From positions 1 through 41,740 of the IMG/VR virus record IMGVR_UViG_3300005827_000046: a DNA stretch of 41,740 bases; one strand, given 5' to 3'. Below are positions 1-8,945 of this stretch, piece after piece. Positions within the stretch are counted from its first letter, which is position 1, and every line of letters begins with the position of its first letter. A program made the translations under genes and the position numbers. The stretch is from a virus. The notes under the pieces were generated by a model. That model was not told the DNA's origin. It saw nothing but the letters and a program-made list of their open reading frames with translations, and ran no database searches.

Positions 1-120
1 CCCCTTACCACTCGATTCAGTTTCGGACAATATAAACCCCATGATCTGAGAACCCAAAAAGGAATCGCGCCAATATTCGTATCGCGGAACGTCTACATCC
101 TCGGGTGACAAACGAAGTCC
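1..120. repeat. Left copy of exact 120-bp terminal direct repeat (circular-assembly overlap)
   Basis: Bases 1-120 (ccccttaccactcgattcag...acaaacgaagtcc) are identical base for base to 41621-41740. The repeat lies inside an open reading frame. Confidence 0.95.
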
Positions 121-1248
121 GCACGTCGTGGGATACGAATCATATTTCGATCTCATATCACACACGCGCGAAGTGTTCGCCTCCACCGGCAGCACACCGG
201 TAGGGGATACAGTGACGCGTTGCCCGTTCACATCAGTGATAGTGAAGGGCGACACAAACCCCGTTATTGTCAAAGTATCCCCGGGAGTGAGGCCATAGAC
301 CCGTTTCACATCGACCGGAAAGGTCACTGTATCGGCGATCACGGACGGGGTCGATCCAGTATAGCATAGGTGTTTCAGGGGTACGCTGGTTTTGAATGGT
401 CCGTTCCACCCAGATAGCATGGTTTTTAGCGCAATATCGATGGCTAAGTCCTCGATCCACACGAAGGCGGTCACCTCTACACCGGCGGCGTGTGAGGCCG
501 CAGCGCTCCCACCGTAGTTTGGATATTGACCCCTCACACAGCCGTGAACGGCCCCAGAACTTGCGGATGTGTATACAATGAATTCGTCCTCGATCTTTAT
601 CCCTGTTGTTATTGTGGCGTCAATGCCGCCTTGTGGCCCCGCTATTCGTGCGTGTAATCCGTCAATTGAAACTAGAGGTATGTCTGTGTCCCCCGTTCCT
701 ATCGGGGAAGCAAGGACAGTTTTTGTCGTAACAAAACACTCTTGTCTCTGCTTTCCGGAAGGATCGAGAAGATCGAGGATAACAAGGCCGGGCTTACTTT
801 CGATGTTCCGAACAAAGCCCCTAAATAAACGCACGTATTCCTCGGGGAATGAAAGCTGAGAGAACCCGCCCCATAGCTCTACCGTGGCCCCAATGATGTC
901 AGGAATGAGTTGCCCGGGGCTTGTGAGTCGGGTCATCTCCCCGTCTTTATCAACCAAGGCCATCGAGAGGGTGGATACACTGGCGCGACCTTGTTCCTGC
1001 TCTTGTATCTGGGATATTCGAGATGTGGACCCGGCAAGATTTATTAGGGCCTTTTGGTCCTTCAACGGCCTAATGCCACCATACACGAAAGGATCACCAT
1101 AACGAACACCCGGATCGCCGTACCGCAAAGCCGTGCCTATCTCGGTTGTTCCAAGCATGATTGCATAACCTGCAATGGTGAGAACGTAGGACGGAAACTT
1201 TACGGACTGGCCGTTATATATTCCGTACCGCCTCGATGCTTCAATCAT
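1..1248 (-). CDS. N-terminal 376 codons of an 803-aa lambda-J-like tail tip / host specificity protein (continues at 41740 through the circular junction)
   Basis: ATG at 1248-1246 overlaps the TGA of the upstream gene (ATGA). I checked every in-frame plus-strand triplet from 1 to 1248 and found no tta/cta/tca, so the minus frame is open to the window edge. It is in phase with ORF 40457..41731 through the 120-bp overlap. Translation contains IKIEDEFIVYTSASSGAVHGCVRGQYPNYGGSAAASHAAG, which resembles the E-x-I...RG-x-x-G-x-x-A-x-x-H-x-x-G signature of J / Phage-tail_3 type proteins. Confidence 0.8.
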   Translation of the reverse strand, partial: MIEASRRYGIYNGQSVKFPSYVLTIAGYAIMLGTTEIGTALRYGDPGVRYGDPFVYGGIRPLKDQKALINLAGSTSRISQIQEQEQGRASVSTLSMALVDKDGEMTRLTSPGQLIPDIIGATVELWGGFSQLSFPEEYVRLFRGFVRNIESKPGLVILDLLDPSGKQRQECFVTTKTVLASPIGTGDTDIPLVSIDGLHARIAGPQGGIDATITTGIKIEDEFIVYTSASSGAVHGCVRGQYPNYGGSAAASHAAGVEVTAFVWIEDLAIDIALKTMLSGWNGPFKTSVPLKHLCYTGSTPSVIADTVTFPVDVKRVYGLTPGDTLTITGFVSPFTITDVNGQRVTVSPTGVLPVEANTSRVCDMRSKYDSYPTTCGLRLSPEDVDVPRYEYWRDSFLGSQIMGFILSETESSGKG

Positions 1249-1520
1249 TTTATCCTCTGCCCCCGTTCGATCATGACCGTTTCAATGACTCCAAGACGGC
1301 GATCAATTGACTGCAAGGATTCAAGGCATTGCTTCCGCACCTGCTCGATCATCTCCGCGTTTTGTCTATCCACTTGAACCATGACAGCCTCGGAAGCTTT
1401 CCCCGTTGTTGCGCTTGCAACCCGAGAATCAATAAAAGATATCACAGTCACTGTGTACCCGATCACCATGACGGTGAAAGCAAGGACGCCTTTAGCCCAG
1501 TGTTTTGTTAGGTTGGCCAT
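1245..1520 (-). CDS. Small membrane protein: N-terminal TM helix plus coiled-coil tail (holin-like or fibre-associated, function unknown)
   Basis: ORF track 1245..1526, whose listed start is TTG. The first ATG is at 1520. GVLAFTVMVIGYTVTVISFI is a hydrophobic helix, followed by a charged heptad-like segment. The stop overlaps the next gene's ATG. Confidence 0.65.
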   Translation of the reverse strand: MANLTKHWAKGVLAFTVMVIGYTVTVISFIDSRVASATTGKASEAVMVQVDRQNAEMIEQVRKQCLESLQSIDRRLGVIETVMIERGQRIK

Positions 1521-1522
1521 GA

Positions 1523-3622
1523 TCAATCACCAATCTTTCGAAAAGATGTCGTGGTTAGAACGCTGCTGGTCGATACCGTTGAACCGGATTGAGTCGAGTA
1601 CATGCGAATATCGAGAGTGTCGCCCGTGTTTGCGTAAACAGAACATGAACCAACCGTGTTACTGCTAGGTGCAGACCCGCCACCGACAAAGCCGTAAGAG
1701 TAGGAACATCCACCATACGGATTACCGTTATAGTAGCAGCACGCTTGTGTGTATGTTCCAAGAGTGATTGCGGCAACGCCATTCAAGACATTCCCGCCCC
1801 ACTCATAAAAGCCGGGTTTTGGTGCTGTGTAAACGCCGGTTGACACGTTCAACGCGGTATTGGCCACCTTGGCCGTTCCACCTTTAACAATGGTGAACCC
1901 CGAGGTGATAGATGCCCCATCGCTTCCCGCCATTGAGGCCACGAAATTATTGTTCACTAGCTGGTTTTGAGGCAAGTTCTGGCTGATAGGTATGATGGTA
2001 ATGACTGCTCCAAGCGATGTGAGGTCCGCCGTGCATGACCCGGTCCCCGACGATCTTTTACCCACAAGAGAAAAGTCATGGTTGGCTACTGACGTTACAT
2101 TGAACGTATTGCACACTTGCGGAATGCTATCCACCACTGCGCCTTCGGCGTCGCAAGTCCCTCCGGTTGTGGGAGTTACCGCATCCATCTGGATTGCAAA
2201 CTGACAAACAGCGGTATTGAACGCGTACAACGTCCCGTCATAACATACTCTATAAGACCCCACGGGGAGTTGTGTCACACTGGCCGTAAGGTTTCCTATG
2301 ACCGTCGGATTAACCACAATACCGGTGTTTGTGCGATCCCCGGACGTTATGTCTACATCCGTTCCGGCAACAAAACTAGCTGACGTAAAAGACACCGCAT
2401 GCGCAGCATTCGCCGCAATGGAAACGCTGCCATAGGCCATATCTGACCCAAAACGCCCCACCGTCTGGTCAATCGATGGCGTGTAATACACGGATATTTT
2501 TAGTGGCACGTTAGCCGCTCGGACTCGCGAATTCATACCGGCCGACACCTTGGAATAAATCTCGATCTGCTTATTCGTGAAGGCCGTGGAGAAGTCCATA
2601 GAGAACGTCATGGAGGCAACAGATGTTGATACTGTACCCGTATTCGTGTCACTGACACGCGATCCCGTATATCCTTCACCCGAAAACGTGGTGCCGTCCC
2701 CCATCTCATAATATGCATACGATTGGTTTGCCGAAGCTTGGTAGTTATTGAACTCACCGGACACCACAAATAAATAATTTCCGGGGCCGCCCGATAAAAC
2801 GACTCCGGGGATTTTTGTCGCGGGTGCCTGAACAGAGCCCGTCACTGTCGGGGCTGTACACGCAGACACCGCCGAAAACGCAGAGTAGGATGTACTCGTT
2901 AAAGCCCAATCGCACGACCCGTTCATCGGATATATAAGACTCCCAATGTACGAGGATTGTCTAGTCAGATAGGTAACGAAACGACCCTGATACCCATCAT
3001 CCCATTGAATTGTCTGCCATCCCGATGCAGCGGTGTCAATTATTCTCAGTTTATACGTTTCACCGGAAACGCAAGAGAAGGTCATGACCGCTTGCCTGTA
3101 CGTTGCTGATGCCTGTAGCGCGACCGTAGCTATCACAACGCCGCTATTGTTCACTACGTTTGCTGTATGAGTTGTGGAGGTGCCATTGAAATACCACAAG
3201 TTTATCTCATCGTTTGCAAGCCCACCTTTGCAGGCGGTGAGTGTCGAATCGACGTACTGGTTTTGTGCAGCAGCGGTAAACGTAAAAGCCTTGGTGCCTG
3301 TTCGAACACTGGACGCCGTAGTCCCAAAAGTCCCGCCTGATGCGGTCCATCCGGTCGTTCCGTTCTCCGCACCGAAATTTGGCATCACGTTGTCGCTGCT
3401 ACCGCCACCCCCGCCAATCTGACCGGTGGATATAAGAGTATCCAGACGATCACCGAGGGTTGTGTCGTATATCTTTGAAGTATTGATTAAGCTGGTTTTT
3501 GTGGCCCCGGCTGAGATCAACTCGGCTTCGGATTTTACATCCTGATTTTGAATTTTCCCAAGTCCGAAAGCGGGAGACGTTACCAGTAAAATTGATAAGT
3601 AAACTAGAAAAATCCTGAACAT
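1523..3622 (-). CDS. Receptor-binding / fibre-like protein with N-terminal signal-peptide-like segment, sugar-binding-like domain and C1q/TNF-like C-terminus
   Basis: ATG at 3622 preceded by AAGGGGG 7 nt upstream. The track's longer start at 3652 overlaps the upstream gene. The N-terminus is MFRIFLVYLSILLVTSPAFG. NFGAENGTTGWTASGG resembles CBM4/9-type modules. The C-terminus (GVYTAPKPGFYEWGGNV ... GDTLDIRMY) resembles gC1q jelly-rolls. Confidence 0.65.
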   Translation of the reverse strand: MFRIFLVYLSILLVTSPAFGLGKIQNQDVKSEAELISAGATKTSLINTSKIYDTTLGDRLDTLISTGQIGGGGGSSDNVMPNFGAENGTTGWTASGGTFGTTASSVRTGTKAFTFTAAAQNQYVDSTLTACKGGLANDEINLWYFNGTSTTHTANVVNNSGVVIATVALQASATYRQAVMTFSCVSGETYKLRIIDTAASGWQTIQWDDGYQGRFVTYLTRQSSYIGSLIYPMNGSCDWALTSTSYSAFSAVSACTAPTVTGSVQAPATKIPGVVLSGGPGNYLFVVSGEFNNYQASANQSYAYYEMGDGTTFSGEGYTGSRVSDTNTGTVSTSVASMTFSMDFSTAFTNKQIEIYSKVSAGMNSRVRAANVPLKISVYYTPSIDQTVGRFGSDMAYGSVSIAANAAHAVSFTSASFVAGTDVDITSGDRTNTGIVVNPTVIGNLTASVTQLPVGSYRVCYDGTLYAFNTAVCQFAIQMDAVTPTTGGTCDAEGAVVDSIPQVCNTFNVTSVANHDFSLVGKRSSGTGSCTADLTSLGAVITIIPISQNLPQNQLVNNNFVASMAGSDGASITSGFTIVKGGTAKVANTALNVSTGVYTAPKPGFYEWGGNVLNGVAAITLGTYTQACCYYNGNPYGGCSYSYGFVGGGSAPSSNTVGSCSVYANTGDTLDIRMYSTQSGSTVSTSSVLTTTSFRKIGD

Positions 3623-3633
3623 CTGAAACCCCC

Positions 3634-4620
3634 TTAGAGTTGGACAACCCATATAGCGAAAAGTTCTTGCCCTTTGTTTGGGGCGGTCGTCATCGTTATA
3701 GTGACACCCGTTCGCGTGTACTCTCGTGAATAGACTTGTGGCACTCCGTCCAGCATCAACACCAATTCAGCATTGGACCGCGGTGTAGAGGACAGTGTAA
3801 ACGTCTGATTACTGTCATCAACCGTACCCGTAGGAATTCCGGAGGCGAGTTGAATCGAGTTTCCGCTTGATATATCTGTCTCGCGGACGAAGGCGTTATC
3901 ATACACGGGCCGCGTCTCTTCACGATACAGTCGATAGTTGTAAAATTTTATTGATGTGGAAGCCGCAAAGGAATACGGCGTTTCAACTCCGAGAGTGCTA
4001 CGCGTATAAAACGAAATGGTCCACGTACCAGAGGGGCCGCCGGAATTCGTAACGCGTGAATAGACTCGACGATTGTTCGCATCCACAAATAAAACGCCAC
4101 TGACATCTGTCACCGGTGAATAGTTATAGGGGGCATTGGTAACAATACCCTCTTGCGTTGGTCCAGTCGATACCGCAAGCCCGTTAAACATGGTGGAAGC
4201 ATCATATGTGGTACCAGTAACCACAAGGGTCACGCTATCCGCGTATCCGGCCTTTAGCTGAATCCCAGACAAATTACTGTATGGTATGACGCGAGAATCA
4301 ACCCCGTCATGCCGGTGACCGGTCAGCACATCGAATAGAGCGGTTAACAGGTCGGCCCGCGTTTTTACGCTATCGGTTGAAGTTCCGACTACACTTGATG
4401 TCCATGTCGGTTTTACATTATAGACCGCCCCCGCCGGAGCACCGACGAATGACTCGATAGAGTTTATCTCTCTTTGAGTGTTTACTATCGGGGCACCACT
4501 CACAACATCAGAGTTATTTAGCCCGACTTTCCCTATGGTAGCATCATCGCCGTTTTTAGCAAGCCAAGCCGCATTGGAATTGGTTTGGTCAACTAGCTGC
4601 CCGTTTACTATGCCCGCCAT
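3634..4620 (-). CDS. Tail fibre protein
   Basis: 328-aa ORF in the tail module. It is Ser/Thr/Gly/Val rich and has a GHRHDGVDS H-x-H type motif common in phage fibres. Confidence 0.6.
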   Translation of the reverse strand: MAGIVNGQLVDQTNSNAAWLAKNGDDATIGKVGLNNSDVVSGAPIVNTQREINSIESFVGAPAGAVYNVKPTWTSSVVGTSTDSVKTRADLLTALFDVLTGHRHDGVDSRVIPYSNLSGIQLKAGYADSVTLVVTGTTYDASTMFNGLAVSTGPTQEGIVTNAPYNYSPVTDVSGVLFVDANNRRVYSRVTNSGGPSGTWTISFYTRSTLGVETPYSFAASTSIKFYNYRLYREETRPVYDNAFVRETDISSGNSIQLASGIPTGTVDDSNQTFTLSSTPRSNAELVLMLDGVPQVYSREYTRTGVTITMTTAPNKGQELFAIWVVQL

Positions 4621-4623
4621 GCA

Positions 4624-5385
4624 TCACCCCTTGATTATTCGTGATCGTAAAAGGCCCGTGTCCCAATAACCGGGCATACCCATTGATACCTGCTCTTCCA
4701 ACTCAAAGGCCATCCCCGTATCGCTCTTTGGTGTCTTATCGAGCGTTACGTTATGAAACACGCCGGGCGTTGAAAACTCCGGTGTTATCTCAAAAGGCTT
4801 TTGCTGAGTGGCCCAAACAAGCCAATTACTACACGCCGTTTTGTCTCTAAGATGTTTGAGTCTCAGTTCAACGAAATTTTGAGACGCAAAAACAATTGTC
4901 TCTTTTATACCAGACGCGGATAAAGTACGAACACCGTCTTGTAGTTGCAACACATCAGGGCCGCGATAGCTATAAGCAATAGTCTCAGGCCGATAAGCCG
5001 TGCCGGTCGTTTGAACCCCAGTGTATGTTAGTGCGCCCGTCCTATCTGCATGAGCAAACCCGATGATGGGCGCGATTGACGACCCGTTCCGCGTACCCGT
5101 TCCAAACAGTAATGACAAGAAAACGCCTGTTGTCGTCGCGATGGTGACTCTGTTTTCGAGCCCCCCGACATATGTTCTATTCGCTGTCACCGTATACACG
5201 TTTGCAGGGTCGGCGGCTTCCATTGCTCTTTTTATCTCTGTGCAAAGAGTCGTTAAGGAATAGAACCCTGCATTTAAAGAAGCCTGAATTTCCGGCCCAC
5301 CTGATGCATTTTTAAAATCAATAGCCGTATTGAATTCGTTTATCTCGTACCCGTACAATATCAGAGATCGTGCTTTTAAGGCCAT
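4624..5385 (-). CDS. Tail protein in the distal-tail-protein (Dit) position
   Basis: 253-aa ORF. Its ATG at 5385-5383 overlaps the tape-measure stop by 1 nt (TAATG). The assignment is by position only. Confidence 0.5.
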   Translation of the reverse strand: MALKARSLILYGYEINEFNTAIDFKNASGGPEIQASLNAGFYSLTTLCTEIKRAMEAADPANVYTVTANRTYVGGLENRVTIATTTGVFLSLLFGTGTRNGSSIAPIIGFAHADRTGALTYTGVQTTGTAYRPETIAYSYRGPDVLQLQDGVRTLSASGIKETIVFASQNFVELRLKHLRDKTACSNWLVWATQQKPFEITPEFSTPGVFHNVTLDKTPKSDTGMAFELEEQVSMGMPGYWDTGLLRSRIIKG

Positions 5386-7349
5386 TACGCCACCCCTCCA
5401 CCGAGTGCAGTGATATGGAAGTCTGTCACATCGGAAGCCTGCCGGACTATCTGGGCGAGACGTTGGCCCGTCTCTACAGTATTCAAATAGTCTCCCTGAA
5501 TCACGATAGTAGCGCTCTTTTTGTCCTGCACTTTTTCGGCTTGTACCATCGGGACGTTGTCGTTTTTCACGTTAGGGATATTCACATCTCCCGACGCTGC
5601 CGCGCCTCCACCGGAAGGAGTAGCGCTTGTCTTGCTCCGATGTGATAGTCCTTTCACAAAAGACCCGAGAGCCATAAGTGCTATACCGCCCGCAATGGCC
5701 GCTGGGTTTGGCGGGAAAATCCCCATGAGCATCATCATTTCACCATATGACACCGCAATGTCGCCGATCATGCCAAGCATCGCAGCACCAAACTGTCCGG
5801 CGGCATCATCCGCGCCAGAACCAAGGCTCTCAAAAAATCCGTTGAACCCGTTCATGAGGCCATTGACCGCTATGGTACCAGCGCTCTGAATTTGTTTCAT
5901 GCGGTTTTTAAATGCTTCTGTTGTGGAATTCGAAAACCCCGCCCATGTGGTGTATGACCGCATGATAGATTGTCGTTCTTCAAGTTCCTGTTGATTCCGT
6001 AGGGCCTGAGTCTGTCTGAACCGTGCGGATTCGATCTCGCGAATGCGCGATTCAAACTCCTGCTTGGATATGATGTGGTTGGTCTGTTCCTGCTTTGCCT
6101 GCTCAAGCCTCCATGCTGCCTCTTCTTCGATTTTTGATTGCTCTTTTGCAAAGAACATAGAACGCTGTTGCTCTTGATCGGTGATGTTCGCACGAATGGC
6201 CGCAGTCTCCGCGTTCAAAACAGCCATCTGCATTTCGTGATTCGACATAACGCGTATGACTTTCGCGTTACTCAAAACCTCATCGCTCTTTGCTACCTCT
6301 TCGTGAACTATCTGACCACGTTTTTCCCAAGCCTGTAGAGACTTTTCGGCTTCCTCAATCCTCTTCTTTAGCTCAACCCTTCTTTCGTCCGCTACCTCTT
6401 CAGGGCTCTTACCGGTCATGAGGGCCTTACCGGAAGCAATCAACCCGGTGTCGGGTTTCACCGCTGACAACTCCTCGCGCATCGACAAAATGGATCGCTT
6501 GAGTTTTGATGTTTCCGCTTCGATCATGCGGAGTTTGTTTACAGATGATGAGGCGTCTGTAAGCCCGAGAAGATCACCTGCTGCTATCCCCCACTGTGTA
6601 AGGGTATCAATAACCGCGTTGGCGGTTGGTAGCATTTTCACTTTCATGCTATTCGCCATGTCCTCCATGAGAGCCTTGAAGGACTTGAACTTTTCACCGG
6701 TGCCGTCGAGAGAACCGGCGAACGAAGACACACGACGTTCACCGGCCTCAATTAGATTGGTTAAATTGGCCTGTTTGTCTCCCGTGTCTTTCAGGTTTAT
6801 CCCAAAATCCTTGAGTGATCTAAACATGCCCGTACTGAGTGAATGAATCATGGTTTCAAAAATTTGTTCTGTCGAACGACCGCGCAAGTCTATTTTTTCA
6901 AACGTCTCCGCAAGTTCGAGCATGCGCGGAATTGCATCGGCCCGGACATCGTTTTGAAGGGCATACGCCGACATCCGCATGGCTTCAAGTTGAGATATCG
7001 ATCCCTTGGTGGCGCTCTGAATCGATGCCATAAGGGCGGAGGATGTGACTCCTACATCCTTAGCCAAAGCATCGTAAGCGACGCTTACGTTTTTTATGTG
7101 CGACGCCATCTCCGCATTTTTAACCAATTCCTCGAACTGCTCAAAAGCTTTATGTACAAGTTCGATACCTTGGTTAACAGCGATTAGAGCTATCCCCACA
7201 TCTGAAAAAGTAATCTTGCTCTTGTTTCCGGATTCCTCTATTGACTTGGCCGCTTTGGATGTGGTGTCCGGTAGCGCGTTGAGTTTTTTGATATATCCGG
7301 CATCATCCAGATCAACTACGACTGTCGTTTTTGTGTCTGTGTCCGCCAC
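5385..7349 (-). CDS. Tail tape measure protein
   Basis: 654 aa. GTG start at 7349 directly after the TAG of the chaperone extension, with GCGGGGG upstream. Long helical, charged central region. Gly/Ala/Met-rich hydrophobic segment near the C-terminus (AAMLGMIGDIAVSYGEMMMLMGIFPP). Located downstream of the G/T chaperones. Confidence 0.85.
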   Translation of the reverse strand: MADTDTKTTVVVDLDDAGYIKKLNALPDTTSKAAKSIEESGNKSKITFSDVGIALIAVNQGIELVHKAFEQFEELVKNAEMASHIKNVSVAYDALAKDVGVTSSALMASIQSATKGSISQLEAMRMSAYALQNDVRADAIPRMLELAETFEKIDLRGRSTEQIFETMIHSLSTGMFRSLKDFGINLKDTGDKQANLTNLIEAGERRVSSFAGSLDGTGEKFKSFKALMEDMANSMKVKMLPTANAVIDTLTQWGIAAGDLLGLTDASSSVNKLRMIEAETSKLKRSILSMREELSAVKPDTGLIASGKALMTGKSPEEVADERRVELKKRIEEAEKSLQAWEKRGQIVHEEVAKSDEVLSNAKVIRVMSNHEMQMAVLNAETAAIRANITDQEQQRSMFFAKEQSKIEEEAAWRLEQAKQEQTNHIISKQEFESRIREIESARFRQTQALRNQQELEERQSIMRSYTTWAGFSNSTTEAFKNRMKQIQSAGTIAVNGLMNGFNGFFESLGSGADDAAGQFGAAMLGMIGDIAVSYGEMMMLMGIFPPNPAAIAGGIALMALGSFVKGLSHRSKTSATPSGGGAAASGDVNIPNVKNDNVPMVQAEKVQDKKSATIVIQGDYLNTVETGQRLAQIVRQASDVTDFHITALGGGVA

Positions 7350-7709
7350 CTATAACCCCCGCAAAATATTGGCAAGCCCTCTGTTGTCCACCATTTCAGG
7401 CTCGTCTTGTTTTGACGGTAACGCGGAACGGACATGATGTCCATACCCCTCGCAGTGTTCTACCCTTGTCTCTTTGTCGTAGTAGGGCATACTCGCGATA
7501 TCTGCGGCCCTTAAAGACTCTTCGCACACAAGAGCATTCACAGCCCGATAGGCTGCAAAAAACAAAGTGACACGGAGCGACATGATATAGTCGATCGTCC
7601 ACCCGTAAAACCGGGCGAGTTTGAAAACTACAATGCCGAAGTCGAAGACGCCAGGGGCGTTTCCTGCCCCGCCGGTTGAATCGCCGGGGCTTGCGAAGGG
7701 ACCGCAGAC
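7350..7709 (-). CDS. gpT-like -1 frame extension of the tail assembly chaperone (no convincing start of its own; expected as a G-T fusion)
   Basis: I translated the -1 frame relative to 7628..7984. It is open from 7709 to the TAG at 7350-7352 and overlaps the last 27 codons of the G-like ORF. It encodes FKLARFYGWTIDYIMSLRVTLFFAAYRAV, typical of T segments. There is no SD before the ATG at 7583. Confidence 0.55.
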   Translation of the reverse strand, partial: VCGPFASPGDSTGGAGNAPGVFDFGIVVFKLARFYGWTIDYIMSLRVTLFFAAYRAVNALVCEESLRAADIASMPYYDKETRVEHCEGYGHHVRSALPSKQDEPEMVDNRGLANILRGL

Positions 7710-7984
7710 TCATCCCCCGTCAGCTTCTTTCCTACTGCTTTTAAGAGGGCTGAAACCACATCGAAGGGCATCGTCTTCACTTCATTGGACAATGTGGGTA
7801 CGCACGCCCTTACGTAGTCAATACACCACTCCATGAAACTCTCTCCGGTAACATCTTTCGAAAGGGCACGACGTTGTAAGTCAATAAAAATCTCGATAGG
7901 AATATCCACGACTGCATGATCTCGGCCCTTATACCTCACGACTTTTTTAGTAACCACCAATGCATCAAGATCAATAATCTCCAT
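7628..7984 (-). CDS. Tail assembly chaperone (gpG-like)
   Basis: 118-aa acidic ORF between the major tail protein and tape measure genes. GGAGGTAATAAAAATG start context. Confidence 0.7.
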   Translation of the reverse strand: MEIIDLDALVVTKKVVRYKGRDHAVVDIPIEIFIDLQRRALSKDVTGESFMEWCIDYVRACVPTLSNEVKTMPFDVVSALLKAVGKKLTGDESAVPSQAPAIQPAGQETPLASSTSAL

Positions 7985-8017
7985 TTTTATTACCTCCGTA
8001 CCTCAGAGCATACAAGA

Positions 8018-8050
8018 ACGCCCGCCACATAGCAAGTACGTGGCGGGCGT
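8018..8050 (-). terminator. 11-bp GC-rich stem-loop between the major tail gene and the chaperone gene (partial terminator or mRNA stabiliser)
   Basis: acgcccgccac (8018-8028) pairs with gtggcgggcgt (8040-8050). The minus-strand 3' flank is TCTTGTATG, only a weak U tract. Confidence 0.4.
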
Positions 8051-8078
8051 CCGGGAGGCATCCAACCAGTGAGACGAA

Positions 8079-8933
8079 TTAAGCGTAATTCGCGGCCACC
8101 GTAGGAATCGTAAAGGCATCACCTTCAGCAAAATCGATCAGTCCATCATTGATGGTGAACTGCAATTCAGAAGCGCCGGGGTTGGTGGGATTCGAATAGA
8201 ACACAGAACCCACGCGGGCGTTTCCACGGGCACCGGATACGGACCCAATAACCTCGAAAATGCCGCCGTTCGTAACGGCCTTTATGCATGTAGCTGTCCA
8301 CGTTTCCGTTTTCGTGGTGTTGTTATTGACTCCAATACCCGTAAGCGTTCCATTGCCAGTACCCAAGAACGTAGCCGGGCCACCGGTGGCAGCAACAACG
8401 CCCGTCGCGGGATCGCCGTATATGCCGAACATATAGCTTTCGGGTTTTGTGGTGTCGGGATAAATATTGATTTTGACTTCGAGAGTAATCTGGTTTTTCG
8501 CGTCGTAAGTGAGTTTTCCTTCACCTACTGCTACGGCTAGCCAAAAAGTCCAATCGTCCGACAAGTCCGCATCAATCTTGTTCAGCGGGTGAACATTCAA
8601 GAGACCCGCGAGATCGAGATCATTATCGCCGACTTTATTTCCAAAAATAACGGCCTTGGTTGGTCCCGTTCCAACAATCTGCGAATAGGGCCATGCGGCT
8701 TTGATACTGTCAACGGTAAGCTGCGCGAGTTTCACAACAGCCGTTAACTCAACGCCCACGTTCACGCGATTGACCGCGATATCCCCAAACGCATCGGCCT
8801 TGATCTCTGCTTTTTTGTCCTTGATCTCAATGTCCGCGCCGTTAACGCAATACCCAAGATCAACCCCCTTGTACTTGAACCGGGCGGGTGACAGTTTAAT
8901 TTTCTTTAAGTCCCCTGTAATGGTCGCTTTCAT
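8079..8933 (-). CDS. Major tail (tube) protein
   Basis: 284-aa ORF immediately upstream of the chaperones and tape measure. Strong RBS AAAGGGGA, followed by a stem-loop. Beta-rich sequence. Confidence 0.7.
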   Translation of the reverse strand: MKATITGDLKKIKLSPARFKYKGVDLGYCVNGADIEIKDKKAEIKADAFGDIAVNRVNVGVELTAVVKLAQLTVDSIKAAWPYSQIVGTGPTKAVIFGNKVGDNDLDLAGLLNVHPLNKIDADLSDDWTFWLAVAVGEGKLTYDAKNQITLEVKINIYPDTTKPESYMFGIYGDPATGVVAATGGPATFLGTGNGTLTGIGVNNNTTKTETWTATCIKAVTNGGIFEVIGSVSGARGNARVGSVFYSNPTNPGASELQFTINDGLIDFAEGDAFTIPTVAANYA

Positions 8934-8945
8934 TCCTATCCCCTT

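Noticed and set aside
1-120. The terminal repeat as a genuine physical direct terminal repeat (T7-like ends).
   Set aside because: The repeat lies in the middle of a long open reading frame that is continuous across the junction. An assembly overlap of a circular or permuted genome is the simpler explanation. This remains testable with read-start analysis.
396-1377. Plus-strand ORFs 396-581, 569-859, 884-1102 and 1054-1377, and minus ORF 233-460.
   Set aside because: They lie antisense or out of frame to the uninterrupted minus-strand frame 1248..1, which is the N-terminal part of the junction-spanning tail-tip gene. They have no RBS and their composition is Arg/Ser/Pro-rich, typical of off-frame translation.
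7396-7713. 105-aa minus-strand ORF as the chaperone extension (the +1 frame).
   Set aside because: Its sequence is extremely Arg-rich (RKPRRFNRRGRKRPWRLRLRH) and unlike T segments. The -1 frame (7350-7709) gives the T-like sequence and ends exactly at the tape-measure start.
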